Below are positions 25,047 to 34,401 of a stretch of DNA of 64,000 nt, one piece after another (the first letter of the stretch is position 1; each line of letters begins with the position of its first letter). Both the position numbers and the translations under genes were made by a program. The stretch is from a bacterium (GTDB lineage: Bacteria > Krumholzibacteriota > Krumholzibacteriia > LZORAL124-64-63). The stretch is taken from contig JANOEP010000072.1 of NCBI GenBank assembly GCA_031441465.1, forward strand, positions 15,018 through 79,017, in the 5' to 3' direction. Under the pieces are notes generated by a model, which was given only the letters and a program-made list of their open reading frames with translations, made no database searches and was not told where the DNA came from.

Positions 25047-27937
25047 GCGTCGCCCCGGATCCCCGCCGCGCCGCGCTGGGACTGGCGCTGGTCGTCGCGA
25101 TGCTCGCGGCGGCGACGCCGGTCTGCGCGCAGGCCCCGCGGGCCGCCGCCGTGGACCAGCGGCCGGCCATGATCAAGGGCTACGTCGTCGAGGCGGAGGA
25201 CGGGGACCCGCTGCCCTACACGAACGTCTACATCTCGAGCTCGCGCATCGGCACCATCGCCCTGCAGGAGGGCCAGTTCTTCCTGGCCGGGCTGCGGCCG
25301 GGCACCTACACGGTGAACGCGTCCTACATCTCCTACTCGCTCGGCTCCGAGACCGTGACCGTGGGGCCGGGCGAGACGGCCGTGATCGAATTCCGCCTGA
25401 CGGTCGAGGCGATCCTCAGCGAGGCCGTCGAGGTCTCGGCCGAGCGCCGGCTCATCGAGATCGAGCGCACGGGTTCCACGCACCGCCTGTCCTCGGAGCA
25501 GATGGAGGCCCTGCCGCTGGACAACCTGGTCGAGATGATCGCGCAGAAGCCGGGCGTGACGCTGCAGGACAACGAGATCCACATCCGCGGCGGCCGCTCC
25601 GACGACACGCAGTTCATCATCGACGGCGTCAGCGTCAACGACCCTCTGGCCGGCGGCGGCTACGGCTACGCCATCGACCCCTCGATCATCAACGAGATCG
25701 AGGTGCTCACCGGCGGCTTCAACGCCGAGTACGGGCAGGCCGTCTCCGGCGTGGTCAACGTCTCCACCAAGGAAGGCAGCGACCGCTGGAGCGGCAAGAC
25801 GAGCTGGAAGCGGGACTACTGGCGGCGCGCCGAGGTGTCCGTCCAGCCCGACTGGCGGCAGCCGTACGATCTCGACCGGCCCCAGAACATCGACGTGGTC
25901 AAGGCCTCCGTCTCGGGGCCCGACCCCTTCAGCGACGCCCTCGGCGCGCTGGGGCTGCGGCCGCCGGGCAAGACCTACCTGCTGCTCTCGGGCTCGATGG
26001 ACGTGCGCGACGGTCCGCTGCCGATCTACTCCCGCACGCGGCGGCTCTCCTCGCCCATGTACGACTTCGACTGGGCCGCGCCCCGGCAGCAGAACGAGTG
26101 GAACGGCCTGGCGAAGTGGACCTGGAACGTCAACGCCAGGCACAAGCTCAACTTCACCGCCAGCCGCCAGTTCGAGATCAGCCAGGGCTTCGAACTGGCG
26201 GGGGAGGGCTACCCGCGCCCGTTCCAGGACAACCTGGACCGCTACCTCGTCTTCACCAACGAGAGCATCCTGAGCCAGCTCTACTACCGCTGGGTGATGG
26301 GCGAGAACGACTACTTCGAACTCAACTTCGGCCGCAACTTCTCGCGCCAGCACGCGAACATCAACGGCAACGACGACTTCACGACCTACCCGCTCATCAA
26401 CTCCCCGCCGTCGCCCACGGGGCTCGCCTTCGGTTCGGCCGACCGCTGGCACGACCACTTCGCCGAGTCGTGGAACCTGAAGACGACGTACGCCTGGGTG
26501 GCCAACGAGACCAACCAGTTCAAGACGGGCCTGGAGATGAACTTCACCGAGATGCAGCTGGTGGACCTGCAGTCCTCGCTGGGGTCGCCCCCGCCCGGCA
26601 AGCTGGGCATCAAGGAGGACATCTTCAAGGTGCACCCCATCGTGGGCGCCGCCTACATCCAGGACACGGTCAACTACAAGGGCATGATCGTGAACGCGGG
26701 CCTGCGGCTGGACGCCTGGGCGCCGGGCCGCGAGGTCGAGTACGTCATGGACCACTCGGACGACTACCTGTTCATCTTCGACGACATGGCCGACGAGTTC
26801 TACGACAACACCGTCGAGTTCTGGATGCGCAGCTGGAAGATGCGCGTCTCGCCGCGCCTGGGGGTCAGCTTCCCGGTGACGGACAAGGACAAGTTCTTCT
26901 TCAACTACGGGCACTTCTCGCAGTGGCCGCGGTACTCGTACGTCTACCCGCAGCTGCAGGCGCAGACGGCCACCAAGATCCAGCTGCTCGGCAACCCCAA
27001 TCTCGACCCCAAGATCACCGTGGAGTACGAGACCGGCGTCCAGCACGAGTTCCCCGGGCTGTGGAGCCTCGGCGTCACCTTCTTCAACCGCGACATCTAC
27101 GGCTACGCCAAGTCGGTCCAGATGAAGCCGGTGAACATCGGCGCCGACGAGACCCCCGACCCGAACGACACCGGCACGGTCACCATCGACCCCGTGCGCT
27201 ATTTCAACGGCGATTCGGCGCGCAGCCTGGGCGTGGAGTTCAGCGTCATCAAGCGGACCACGCGCTGGCTGAGCGGTTCGGCGAGCCTCGAGCTGTCGCG
27301 CAGCACCGGCACCAACAGCGACGCCGACGAGGCGTACCTGCTGGCCGTCTACGACGAGGCCTACACGCCCACCGCGAGCATCGGCGGCCTGAAGCGCAAC
27401 CCCCTGCTCTGGGACAAGCCCTGGAAGGTCTCCTTCAACCTCGACTTCGCCGTCGACAAGAAGGACCGCCTGCAGCTGTTCGGCTGGGACCTGCCCGCCG
27501 ACTGGAGCCTCAACCTGCTCTTCCAGGCGGAGGCCGGCCAGCGCTACACGCCGCGCGGCTTCGCCGACCCGGAGAACCCCGTGTTCGGCGAGTACGTCTA
27601 CGGCGATCCCTACTCGGAGCTGGGGCCGGCGAAGCACTCGCTCAACCTGCGCTTCAACAAGACCTGGGACCTGTCGCGACGCCAGCGCCTGACGTTCTTC
27701 TTCGAGGGCCGCAACGTCCTGGACCACAAGAACTACCGGCGCATCAACCCCTGGACGGGCACGGGCTACCAGGTCGGGGACAGCAACCCCGGCTGGGTCG
27801 ACAACTACGCCGACTGGTACGGCGAGGAGGGGCCGGTCCTCAACACCTACTCCCGCGAGTACGTCAAGAGCCAGATCGACCCGAGCTACGTCGAGGATCC
27901 CCGCATGCTGCTGATGGGGGTGAGCTTCTCATGGTAG
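25043..27937 (+). CDS. TonB-dependent receptor with N-terminal carboxypeptidase-regulatory-like domain
   Basis: GYVVEAEDGDPLPY, plug IRGGRS..., GGFNAEYGQA.SGVVN, NAGLRLD, SPRLGVSFP, GNPNLDP; C-terminal aromatic FSW. Confidence 0.92.
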   Translation: MSVAPDPRRAALGLALVVAMLAAATPVCAQAPRAAAVDQRPAMIKGYVVEAEDGDPLPYTNVYISSSRIGTIALQEGQFFLAGLRPGTYTVNASYISYSLGSETVTVGPGETAVIEFRLTVEAILSEAVEVSAERRLIEIERTGSTHRLSSEQMEALPLDNLVEMIAQKPGVTLQDNEIHIRGGRSDDTQFIIDGVSVNDPLAGGGYGYAIDPSIINEIEVLTGGFNAEYGQAVSGVVNVSTKEGSDRWSGKTSWKRDYWRRAEVSVQPDWRQPYDLDRPQNIDVVKASVSGPDPFSDALGALGLRPPGKTYLLLSGSMDVRDGPLPIYSRTRRLSSPMYDFDWAAPRQQNEWNGLAKWTWNVNARHKLNFTASRQFEISQGFELAGEGYPRPFQDNLDRYLVFTNESILSQLYYRWVMGENDYFELNFGRNFSRQHANINGNDDFTTYPLINSPPSPTGLAFGSADRWHDHFAESWNLKTTYAWVANETNQFKTGLEMNFTEMQLVDLQSSLGSPPPGKLGIKEDIFKVHPIVGAAYIQDTVNYKGMIVNAGLRLDAWAPGREVEYVMDHSDDYLFIFDDMADEFYDNTVEFWMRSWKMRVSPRLGVSFPVTDKDKFFFNYGHFSQWPRYSYVYPQLQAQTATKIQLLGNPNLDPKITVEYETGVQHEFPGLWSLGVTFFNRDIYGYAKSVQMKPVNIGADETPDPNDTGTVTIDPVRYFNGDSARSLGVEFSVIKRTTRWLSGSASLELSRSTGTNSDADEAYLLAVYDEAYTPTASIGGLKRNPLLWDKPWKVSFNLDFAVDKKDRLQLFGWDLPADWSLNLLFQAEAGQRYTPRGFADPENPVFGEYVYGDPYSELGPAKHSLNLRFNKTWDLSRRQRLTFFFEGRNVLDHKNYRRINPWTGTGYQVGDSNPGWVDNYADWYGEEGPVLNTYSREYVKSQIDPSYVEDPRMLLMGVSFSW

Positions 27938-28983
27938 ACCGCGCGACACGATCCGGACGGCGCCCGGCGGCGGCGGCGCTGCTGGCGGCGGCGCTGCTGG
28001 CGACGGTTCTCGCCGGCGCCGCGCGGGCCGGGGACGTGCTCGAACTCTACGGCGACGAGAACGTGGGCACCGCCGGCGCCCAGTTCCTGCGCCTGCCGGT
28101 CGGCGCGCGCGCGGTCGGGCTGGGCCGCGCCTACGTCGCCTGCGCCGTCGACGGTCCGGCCGCCTTCTGGAACCCCGCGGGGATCATGCGCACCCCCGGC
28201 TTGAGCAACCTGTTCTTCTCCCACGTGGCCTACGCCGCCGACATCGACCTGGAATACGCCTCCTGCCACTGGCGCCGCCAGAACTTCGGCTTCGCCCTGT
28301 CGGGCGCGATGCTGCGTTCGGGCGAGATCCCGCGCACCGACGAGTTCCACCAGGAAGGGACCGGCCAGACCTTCACCGCCAACCAGTTCGTGCTGTCGGC
28401 GAGCGTGGCGAAGGCGATGACCGACCGCTTCTCGCTGGGCGGCACCGCGAAGCTCTACCAGGAGAACCTGGACGAGTTCGTGGTGCGCGGCCTGCTGATG
28501 GACCTCGGCGTGCTCTACTACACGGGCCTCGGCGACATGCGCGTCGGTTTCGCCGTGCGGAACTTCGGCCCCGACCTGCGCCCGGGCGGCACGCCGCCGC
28601 CGCTGGGCCCCGGCTACGCCACGCCGCGGGACTTCCAGAGCTTCCAGGCGCCGACCTCCGGCAGCTTCGGCCTCGCCTACACCTTCCGCCTCGGGGAGCG
28701 GACGACCCTGCTGACCACGTCCGATTTCCACCACCCCACCGACGCCTCCGAGAGCTTCCGCGCCGGCGCCGAGCTGGGGCTGGCCGAGCGCCTGCTGCTG
28801 CGCGCCGGCTTCGAGACCAACCGGCTCGAGGGCGGCCTCGGCGCGGGCTTCGGCGTGAACCTGGCGCGCGACCAGTGGCGGATCCGGCTCGACTACGCGG
28901 TCAGCGACATGGGCGCCTTCGGCACGATCCACTACCTCTCGCTCGACCTGTCGCCCCTGCCCGACGGAAGGAGGCGGCGATGA
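27931..28983 (+). CDS. PorV/PorQ-family outer-membrane beta-barrel
   Basis: AQFLRLPVGARAVGLGRAY, FWNPAG, alternating beta-strands, DYA...FG..H..S C-terminus. Confidence 0.85.
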   Translation: MVDRATRSGRRPAAAALLAAALLATVLAGAARAGDVLELYGDENVGTAGAQFLRLPVGARAVGLGRAYVACAVDGPAAFWNPAGIMRTPGLSNLFFSHVAYAADIDLEYASCHWRRQNFGFALSGAMLRSGEIPRTDEFHQEGTGQTFTANQFVLSASVAKAMTDRFSLGGTAKLYQENLDEFVVRGLLMDLGVLYYTGLGDMRVGFAVRNFGPDLRPGGTPPPLGPGYATPRDFQSFQAPTSGSFGLAYTFRLGERTTLLTTSDFHHPTDASESFRAGAELGLAERLLLRAGFETNRLEGGLGAGFGVNLARDQWRIRLDYAVSDMGAFGTIHYLSLDLSPLPDGRRRR

Positions 28984-30146
28984 CCCGCCCGCGTCCGGAG
29001 TGCGGCCGGTCGACGCCGCTGCTGCTGGCGGCGGCGCTCGCGGCGCTGGTCGCCGGCTGCGGCGTCAAGATCGTCGCGCCGCGGGCCGTCGGCCTGTTCT
29101 CGACCAACGCGTACACGACGGACACGCTGTTCGTCGACCCCGGCGCGCGGCAGATGGTCGCGGCCATCGGCCGCCTCTTCGTCGTGGGCGCCGACGGCAG
29201 CCTCGTCAAGCGCACCCTCGACTACGAGGAGTTCTCGCGCATCGACGGGTTCGCCGACCCGGTCGCCGTCTGCACCGACGAGAGCGCCCGCCTGGTCTTC
29301 GTCTGGGAGGCGGGCGCGAACCGCCTCAGCGCCTTCCATACCGCCGACCTGACGCCGGCCGGATCCGCGACGCTGACGACCGTGCAGCGGGCCACCCACA
29401 TCTACGCCTGCGAGACCGGGAAGGCGGAACTGGCGCCGACCGCGGCGACGTTCCTCTACCTCGCCGACCCCGACTCCGGCGTGGTCCACCGCTTCGCCTG
29501 GTACGAGGGCGGCGACATGGCCCCGATGGGCATCCTCTGCCGCGACGAGGGCTTGTCGACGCGCTCCGTCCACGTGCCCGCGGGCATGCTGCGCGACACC
29601 GGCGGCATGCTGCTGGTCTGCGATGCCGACACCGCGCGCAACTGGGTCACCCGCTTCGACCCGACGCCGATCCTGACCGACGTCGTCGCCGCCCCCGAAG
29701 GGCCGCATCCCTGGCGGGGCCTCGCCGTCGTCTTCGCCATGGAGGGTTGCGAGCCCCAGCCCCAGTCCGCCTACACCCTCGGCGACGCGCCGCAGTGCGG
29801 CGAGGACGAGACCTGGGTCGGCGGCCGCAGCGCCGCGCCCGGAGAGTTCGACACGCCCTCGGCCCTGGCGAGCGACGGCCAGGGCCGGATCTTCGTGGCG
29901 GACACCGGCAACGACCGCGTGCAGATCTTCTCGGACCGCGGCGTCTTCGAGATGGCCTTCCGCGACACGAGCCGGACGTCGGATCCGGTCAGCATCGGCG
30001 TGGTGGACGTGAGGATCGCCGGCGGCGGCGTCAACTACGGCGCCTACGTGTTCACGCTCTCGGGAGCGGACGGCAAGGTGCGCCGCTTCATCTCCTACGA
30101 CCACTACATGTCGCTCAACGACGAGCCGCCGCCGCCGCCGAACTAG
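28980..30146 (+). CDS. NHL-repeat lipoprotein
   Basis: Lipobox VAG-C; GEFDTPSALASDGQGRIFVADTGNDRVQIF. Confidence 0.8.
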   Translation: MTRPRPECGRSTPLLLAAALAALVAGCGVKIVAPRAVGLFSTNAYTTDTLFVDPGARQMVAAIGRLFVVGADGSLVKRTLDYEEFSRIDGFADPVAVCTDESARLVFVWEAGANRLSAFHTADLTPAGSATLTTVQRATHIYACETGKAELAPTAATFLYLADPDSGVVHRFAWYEGGDMAPMGILCRDEGLSTRSVHVPAGMLRDTGGMLLVCDADTARNWVTRFDPTPILTDVVAAPEGPHPWRGLAVVFAMEGCEPQPQSAYTLGDAPQCGEDETWVGGRSAAPGEFDTPSALASDGQGRIFVADTGNDRVQIFSDRGVFEMAFRDTSRTSDPVSIGVVDVRIAGGGVNYGAYVFTLSGADGKVRRFISYDHYMSLNDEPPPPPN

Positions 30147-30189
30147 ACCGGCCGCGGCACGCGCCTCGGGCCCACGGAGGGAAGCACGC

Positions 30190-30879
30190 ATGCCCGGACA
30201 GCCGCCAACCGCCCACGTCCGCGACGACGTGCCGTTCTACCTCTCCATCTCGGGCAACATCGGCGTCGGCAAGTCCACCGTCTGCGCCATGATGGGCGAG
30301 GCGCTGGGCTGGCCCGCCTACTACGAGCCGGTCGCCGACAACCCCTACCTCGAGGACTACTACCGGGACATGCCCCGCTGGGCGTTCCACCTGCAGATCT
30401 ACTTCCTGAGCAAGCGGTTCGAGGTCCAGAAGGACATCATCGAGCGGGGCACCTCGGCGGTGCAGGACCGCACCATCTACGAGGACGTCGAGATCTTCGC
30501 CCCGGTGCTGCACCGGCGCGGCGCCATGGACACCCGCGACTACGAGAACTACCGCGAGGTCTTCCAGAACATGATCTCGTTCCTGCGGCCGCCGGACCTG
30601 GTGCTCTACCTGCGCTGCTCGCCCGACGTGGCCATGGCCCGCATCGGCGACCGCGGCCGCGACTGCGAGAAGACGATCCCCCGCGACTTCATCGTCGACC
30701 TGCACGAGGCCTACGAGGATTGGGTGCCCCGCGCCCGCGGGATCTGCCCGGTGCGGGTGATCGACACCGAGCAGGTCAACCTGCGCGACGACCAGGCGGC
30801 CCAACAGGCGCTGCTGGACGAGATCCGCGCCCTGCACGCGGCCAAGCGCGACCGCGCGAAACGGGAGGCGTCACGATGA
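30190..30879 (+). CDS. Deoxynucleoside kinase (dCK/dGK family)
   Basis: SGNIGVGKST P-loop, YEPV, AFHLQIYFL..RF, QDRTIYED. Confidence 0.92.
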   Translation: MPGQPPTAHVRDDVPFYLSISGNIGVGKSTVCAMMGEALGWPAYYEPVADNPYLEDYYRDMPRWAFHLQIYFLSKRFEVQKDIIERGTSAVQDRTIYEDVEIFAPVLHRRGAMDTRDYENYREVFQNMISFLRPPDLVLYLRCSPDVAMARIGDRGRDCEKTIPRDFIVDLHEAYEDWVPRARGICPVRVIDTEQVNLRDDQAAQQALLDEIRALHAAKRDRAKREASR

Positions 30880-31973
30880 GCATCGGCCGACGAAGCGACC
30901 TGCTGCGGGGGACCCGCATCCCCGACGACGTGCTGCGCGAGCTGCCCAAGACCGACCTGCTGCGGCACCTGGACGGCAGCCTGCGCCCCGGCACGTTCCG
31001 CGAGCTGGCCGCCGCCCGCGGCTGGGAGGTCCCGGCCGGGGACCGCGCCCTGCTCGCGCGCTACTTCCCGGTGGATCCCGAGAGCTGCCAGCAGCACTTC
31101 GTGAACTTCTTCGACCGCACGACCGAGGTGCTGCAGCGGGCCGACGACTTGGCGCGCGTCGCCCGCGAGACGGTCGAGGACGCCGCCGCCGACGGCTGCT
31201 GGTACCTGGAGGTCCGCTTCTGCCCGCTGCGCCACGTGAACGAGGGCTTGTCCCCGGACGACGTCGTGACCGCCGTGCGCCGCGGCCTGGACGAAGCGAC
31301 CACCCTGACGGGCGTGCAGGCCGGGATCATCATCACCGGGATCCGCACCATCAGCCCCGACGCCTCGCTGCACCTGGCCGAGCTGGCCGTGCGCTGGAAG
31401 GGCCGCGGCGTGGTGGGGTTCGACCTGGCCGGCACGGAGCGGGACTACCCTGCCAAGGACCACCGCGAGGCGTTCTACCACATCATGAACAACAACCTCG
31501 CCGCCACCATCCACGCCGGCGAGGGCTTCGGCCCCGAGTCCATCCACCAGGCCCTGCACTACTGCGGCGCCAACCGCATCGGGCACGGCACGCGGTTGCA
31601 CGAGGACCAGGATCTGTTAGCCTATGTGAACGACCTGCGGATCCCCCTGGAGCTGTGCCTGACCAGCAACGTGCTGACGGGCGTGGTCCCGTCGGTCGGG
31701 GAGCACCCGCTGCGGCGCTACCTGGAGCTGGGCCTGCGCGTGACGCTCAACACGGACAACACGCTGTTCGCGCGCACGTCGCTGCTGACGGAGCTGCGCC
31801 GCGCGGTGGACGCCTTCGACCTGAACCTGCTGGAGACCGAGACCTTGCTGCTCAACGGCTTCAAGAGCGCGTTCCTGCCGCAGGCGGTCAAGGCCGACCT
31901 GATCCGCGAAGCGGCCGGGGCCTTCCTGTCCCTGCGCGACAAGTTCGACCTCGACGCGCTGGAAATCGCATGA
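30876..31973 (+). CDS. add: Adenosine deaminase family protein (first Zn-ligand His replaced)
   Basis: LPKTDLLRHLDGS, GFDLAG.E, TIHAGE, RIGHG, ELCLTSN, LNTDN. Confidence 0.85.
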   Translation: MSIGRRSDLLRGTRIPDDVLRELPKTDLLRHLDGSLRPGTFRELAAARGWEVPAGDRALLARYFPVDPESCQQHFVNFFDRTTEVLQRADDLARVARETVEDAAADGCWYLEVRFCPLRHVNEGLSPDDVVTAVRRGLDEATTLTGVQAGIIITGIRTISPDASLHLAELAVRWKGRGVVGFDLAGTERDYPAKDHREAFYHIMNNNLAATIHAGEGFGPESIHQALHYCGANRIGHGTRLHEDQDLLAYVNDLRIPLELCLTSNVLTGVVPSVGEHPLRRYLELGLRVTLNTDNTLFARTSLLTELRRAVDAFDLNLLETETLLLNGFKSAFLPQAVKADLIREAAGAFLSLRDKFDLDALEIA

Positions 31974-32863
31974 CCGGGGATCGCTCGGGCGGGCGCGCCA
32001 GCAGGCTGAGCGACCTCTGGCGCGGGCGCGTGGAGGAGGCCGCCGCCTGGCTGCGCGGGCGCGGCTTTACCGGCGGCCAGGGTCGTACGAGAGGCATCGG
32101 CATCATCCTGGGCAGCGGCCTCGGCAACTTCGTCGACGCGGTGAGCGACCCGCGCGCGATCGACTACGCCGGGATCCCCGGCTGGGCGACCACCACCGTG
32201 GCCGAGCACCGCGGCCGCCTGGTGGCCGGCACGGCCGGCGGCCGGGACGTGGTCGTCATGCAGGGCCGCCTGCACCCCTACGAGGGCCTGCCCTGGGACG
32301 AACTGCTGCTGCCCACGGCGGTGCTGGCCTGCCTGGACGTGGACACGGTCGTGGTGACCAACGCCGCGGGCGGACTGAACCGGTTCTATCGCCCCGGCGA
32401 CCTGATGGTCATCCGCGACCAGCTCGACCTGCACCTGCAGGACCCGCTGCGCGGCCTGCTGGCCGACCCCGTGCCGCCGGCCGCGGCGCCGGGCCGGGGC
32501 GCGCGGCCGCACGCCGTCTTCGACGAGGACCTGGCCCGCGCCCTGCTCGCGGCCGGCGCCGCCACGGGCGTGCCCCTGCACGCCGGCGTCTACGGCAGCA
32601 TGTGGGGGCCCGCCTACGAGACCAAAGCCGAGATCGGGATGCTGCGCCGGGCGGGCTGCGACGCCGTGGGCATGTCGACGGCGCCGGAGACGTCCCTGCT
32701 GGCGGCTCTGGGCGTCCGCGTGGTGGGGCTGTCCTGCATCACCAACCCCGCCCAAGAGGTGGGGCAGCCGGAACTGTCGCATCAGGACGTCGTAGAAGCG
32801 GGCGCGATGGTGCGGGACCGCATGGCCCGCCTGCTGCTGGATTTCCTGCCGCGCCTGGGCTGA
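31970..32863 (+). CDS. punA: Purine nucleoside phosphorylase (trimeric family)
   Basis: IILGSGLG, QGRLHPYEG, TNAAGG, GPAYET.AE, VGMST, SCITN. Confidence 0.9.
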   Translation: MTGDRSGGRASRLSDLWRGRVEEAAAWLRGRGFTGGQGRTRGIGIILGSGLGNFVDAVSDPRAIDYAGIPGWATTTVAEHRGRLVAGTAGGRDVVVMQGRLHPYEGLPWDELLLPTAVLACLDVDTVVVTNAAGGLNRFYRPGDLMVIRDQLDLHLQDPLRGLLADPVPPAAAPGRGARPHAVFDEDLARALLAAGAATGVPLHAGVYGSMWGPAYETKAEIGMLRRAGCDAVGMSTAPETSLLAALGVRVVGLSCITNPAQEVGQPELSHQDVVEAGAMVRDRMARLLLDFLPRLG

Positions 32864-32895
32864 CCCCGGGCGTTTTCTCAAGGGAGTGAGCGCAC

Positions 32896-33567
32896 ATGTT
32901 CGACATCACGTTCGCGCTGCTGATCCCGGTGTTCATCTTCGCCCTCTGGGCGCAGCACCGTGTCAAGACCACCTACGCCAAGTACCTGCTGGTGCCCGCC
33001 GCCCGCGGCCTGACCGGCAGCGAGGCCGCCCGCCGCCTGCTGGACGCCGCCGGGCTCTCGGCGGTGGGCATCGAGCGCATCGGCGGCGACCTGACCGACC
33101 ACTACGACCCGCGCAAGCGCGTGCTGCGCTTGAGCGAGGCCAACCACGAGGGCCGCAGCATCGCCGCGTTGGGCGTCTCCTGCCACGAGGCGGGCCACGC
33201 CGTGCAGCACGCCCGCGGCTACGCGGCGCTGCAGGTCCGACAGGCCATCTGGCCGGTGGCCGGCTTCGGCAGCACCCTGGCCATGCCCCTGTTCTTCATC
33301 GGATTCCTGTTCCACTTCCCGATGCTGATGGACGTGGGTATCCTGATCTACGCCGTGGCGGCGGTGTTCACGCTGGTGACCCTGCCGGTGGAGTTCGACG
33401 CCAGCAACCGCGCCGTGCAGTTGCTGACGACCCATGGCATCGTCTCGACGCAGGAGCGCGGGCAGGTGCGCGCGGTGCTCAACGCCGCCGCGCTGACCTA
33501 CGTCGCGGCGGCCCTGATGGCCGTGGTCCAGCTCGTGCGGTTGCTGCTGCTGCGCGGACGTCGCTGA
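32896..33567 (+). CDS. YugP-like neutral zinc metallopeptidase (membrane)
   Basis: LTDHYDP, HEAGHAVQH, LPVEFDAS.RA, VLNAAALTYVAAA. Confidence 0.92.
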   Translation: MFDITFALLIPVFIFALWAQHRVKTTYAKYLLVPAARGLTGSEAARRLLDAAGLSAVGIERIGGDLTDHYDPRKRVLRLSEANHEGRSIAALGVSCHEAGHAVQHARGYAALQVRQAIWPVAGFGSTLAMPLFFIGFLFHFPMLMDVGILIYAVAAVFTLVTLPVEFDASNRAVQLLTTHGIVSTQERGQVRAVLNAAALTYVAAALMAVVQLVRLLLLRGRR

Positions 33568-33619
33568 CCGTTCGTCGATCCCGACCCCGAACCCGGCTCG
33601 GCCGGACCTGGAGGACCGC

Positions 33620-34378
33620 ATGCGCCGCAAGCTCGTCGCCGGAAACTGGAAGATGAACCTCGGACCCGCCGCCGCGACCAAACTGGCGCGCCAGGTGGCC
33701 CTCGGCGTGCCGGGTCTCGACGGGCCGCCCGAAGTGCTGGTCTGCCCGCCCTTCGTCTCGATCCCCGCCGTGGCCGCCGTCCTGAAGGACAGCGCCGTGC
33801 TGCTCGGCGCCCAGAACTGCGCTGGCGAGGACGCGGGCGCCCACACCGGCGAGGTCGCGGCGCCCATGCTGAGCGAGGTCGGGGCGACCCACGTCATCGT
33901 CGCCCACTCGGAGCGGCGGACCCACCAGCGCGAGACCGACGACGAATTCGTGCGCAAGATCGACCGCGCCCACGCGGCCGGCCTCACCGCCATCTTCTGC
34001 TACGGCGAACGCATCGAGGAACGGCGGGCCGGCCGCGAGCGCGACGTGGTCCGCGCCCAGCTCGCCGGCGTGCTGCCGCGCCTCGCCGCACCCACGCCCG
34101 CGAACCTGGTGCTGGCCTACGAACCGGTCTGGGCCATCGGCACCGGCGAGACGGCGACCCCGGAGCAGGCCCAGGAGATCCACGCCTTCTCGCGCGGGAT
34201 CGTGGGCGAGCTGCTCGGCAACGACGCGGCCGCCCGGATGCGCATCCTCTACGGCGGCAGCATGAAGCCCGACAACGCGGCGGAACTGATGCGCCAGCCG
34301 GACATCGACGGCGGCTTGATCGGCGGCGCCAGCCTGAAGGCCGACGATTTTCTGGCGATCGTGCGCGGCGCCCTCTGA
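33620..34378 (+). CDS. tpiA: Triosephosphate isomerase
   Basis: AGNWKMN, HSERR, AYEPVWAIGTG, LYGGS, GGASL. Confidence 0.96.
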   Translation: MRRKLVAGNWKMNLGPAAATKLARQVALGVPGLDGPPEVLVCPPFVSIPAVAAVLKDSAVLLGAQNCAGEDAGAHTGEVAAPMLSEVGATHVIVAHSERRTHQRETDDEFVRKIDRAHAAGLTAIFCYGERIEERRAGRERDVVRAQLAGVLPRLAAPTPANLVLAYEPVWAIGTGETATPEQAQEIHAFSRGIVGELLGNDAAARMRILYGGSMKPDNAAELMRQPDIDGGLIGGASLKADDFLAIVRGAL

Positions 34379-34401
34379 CGTACCCAACCCGGGAGACGAA
34401 C

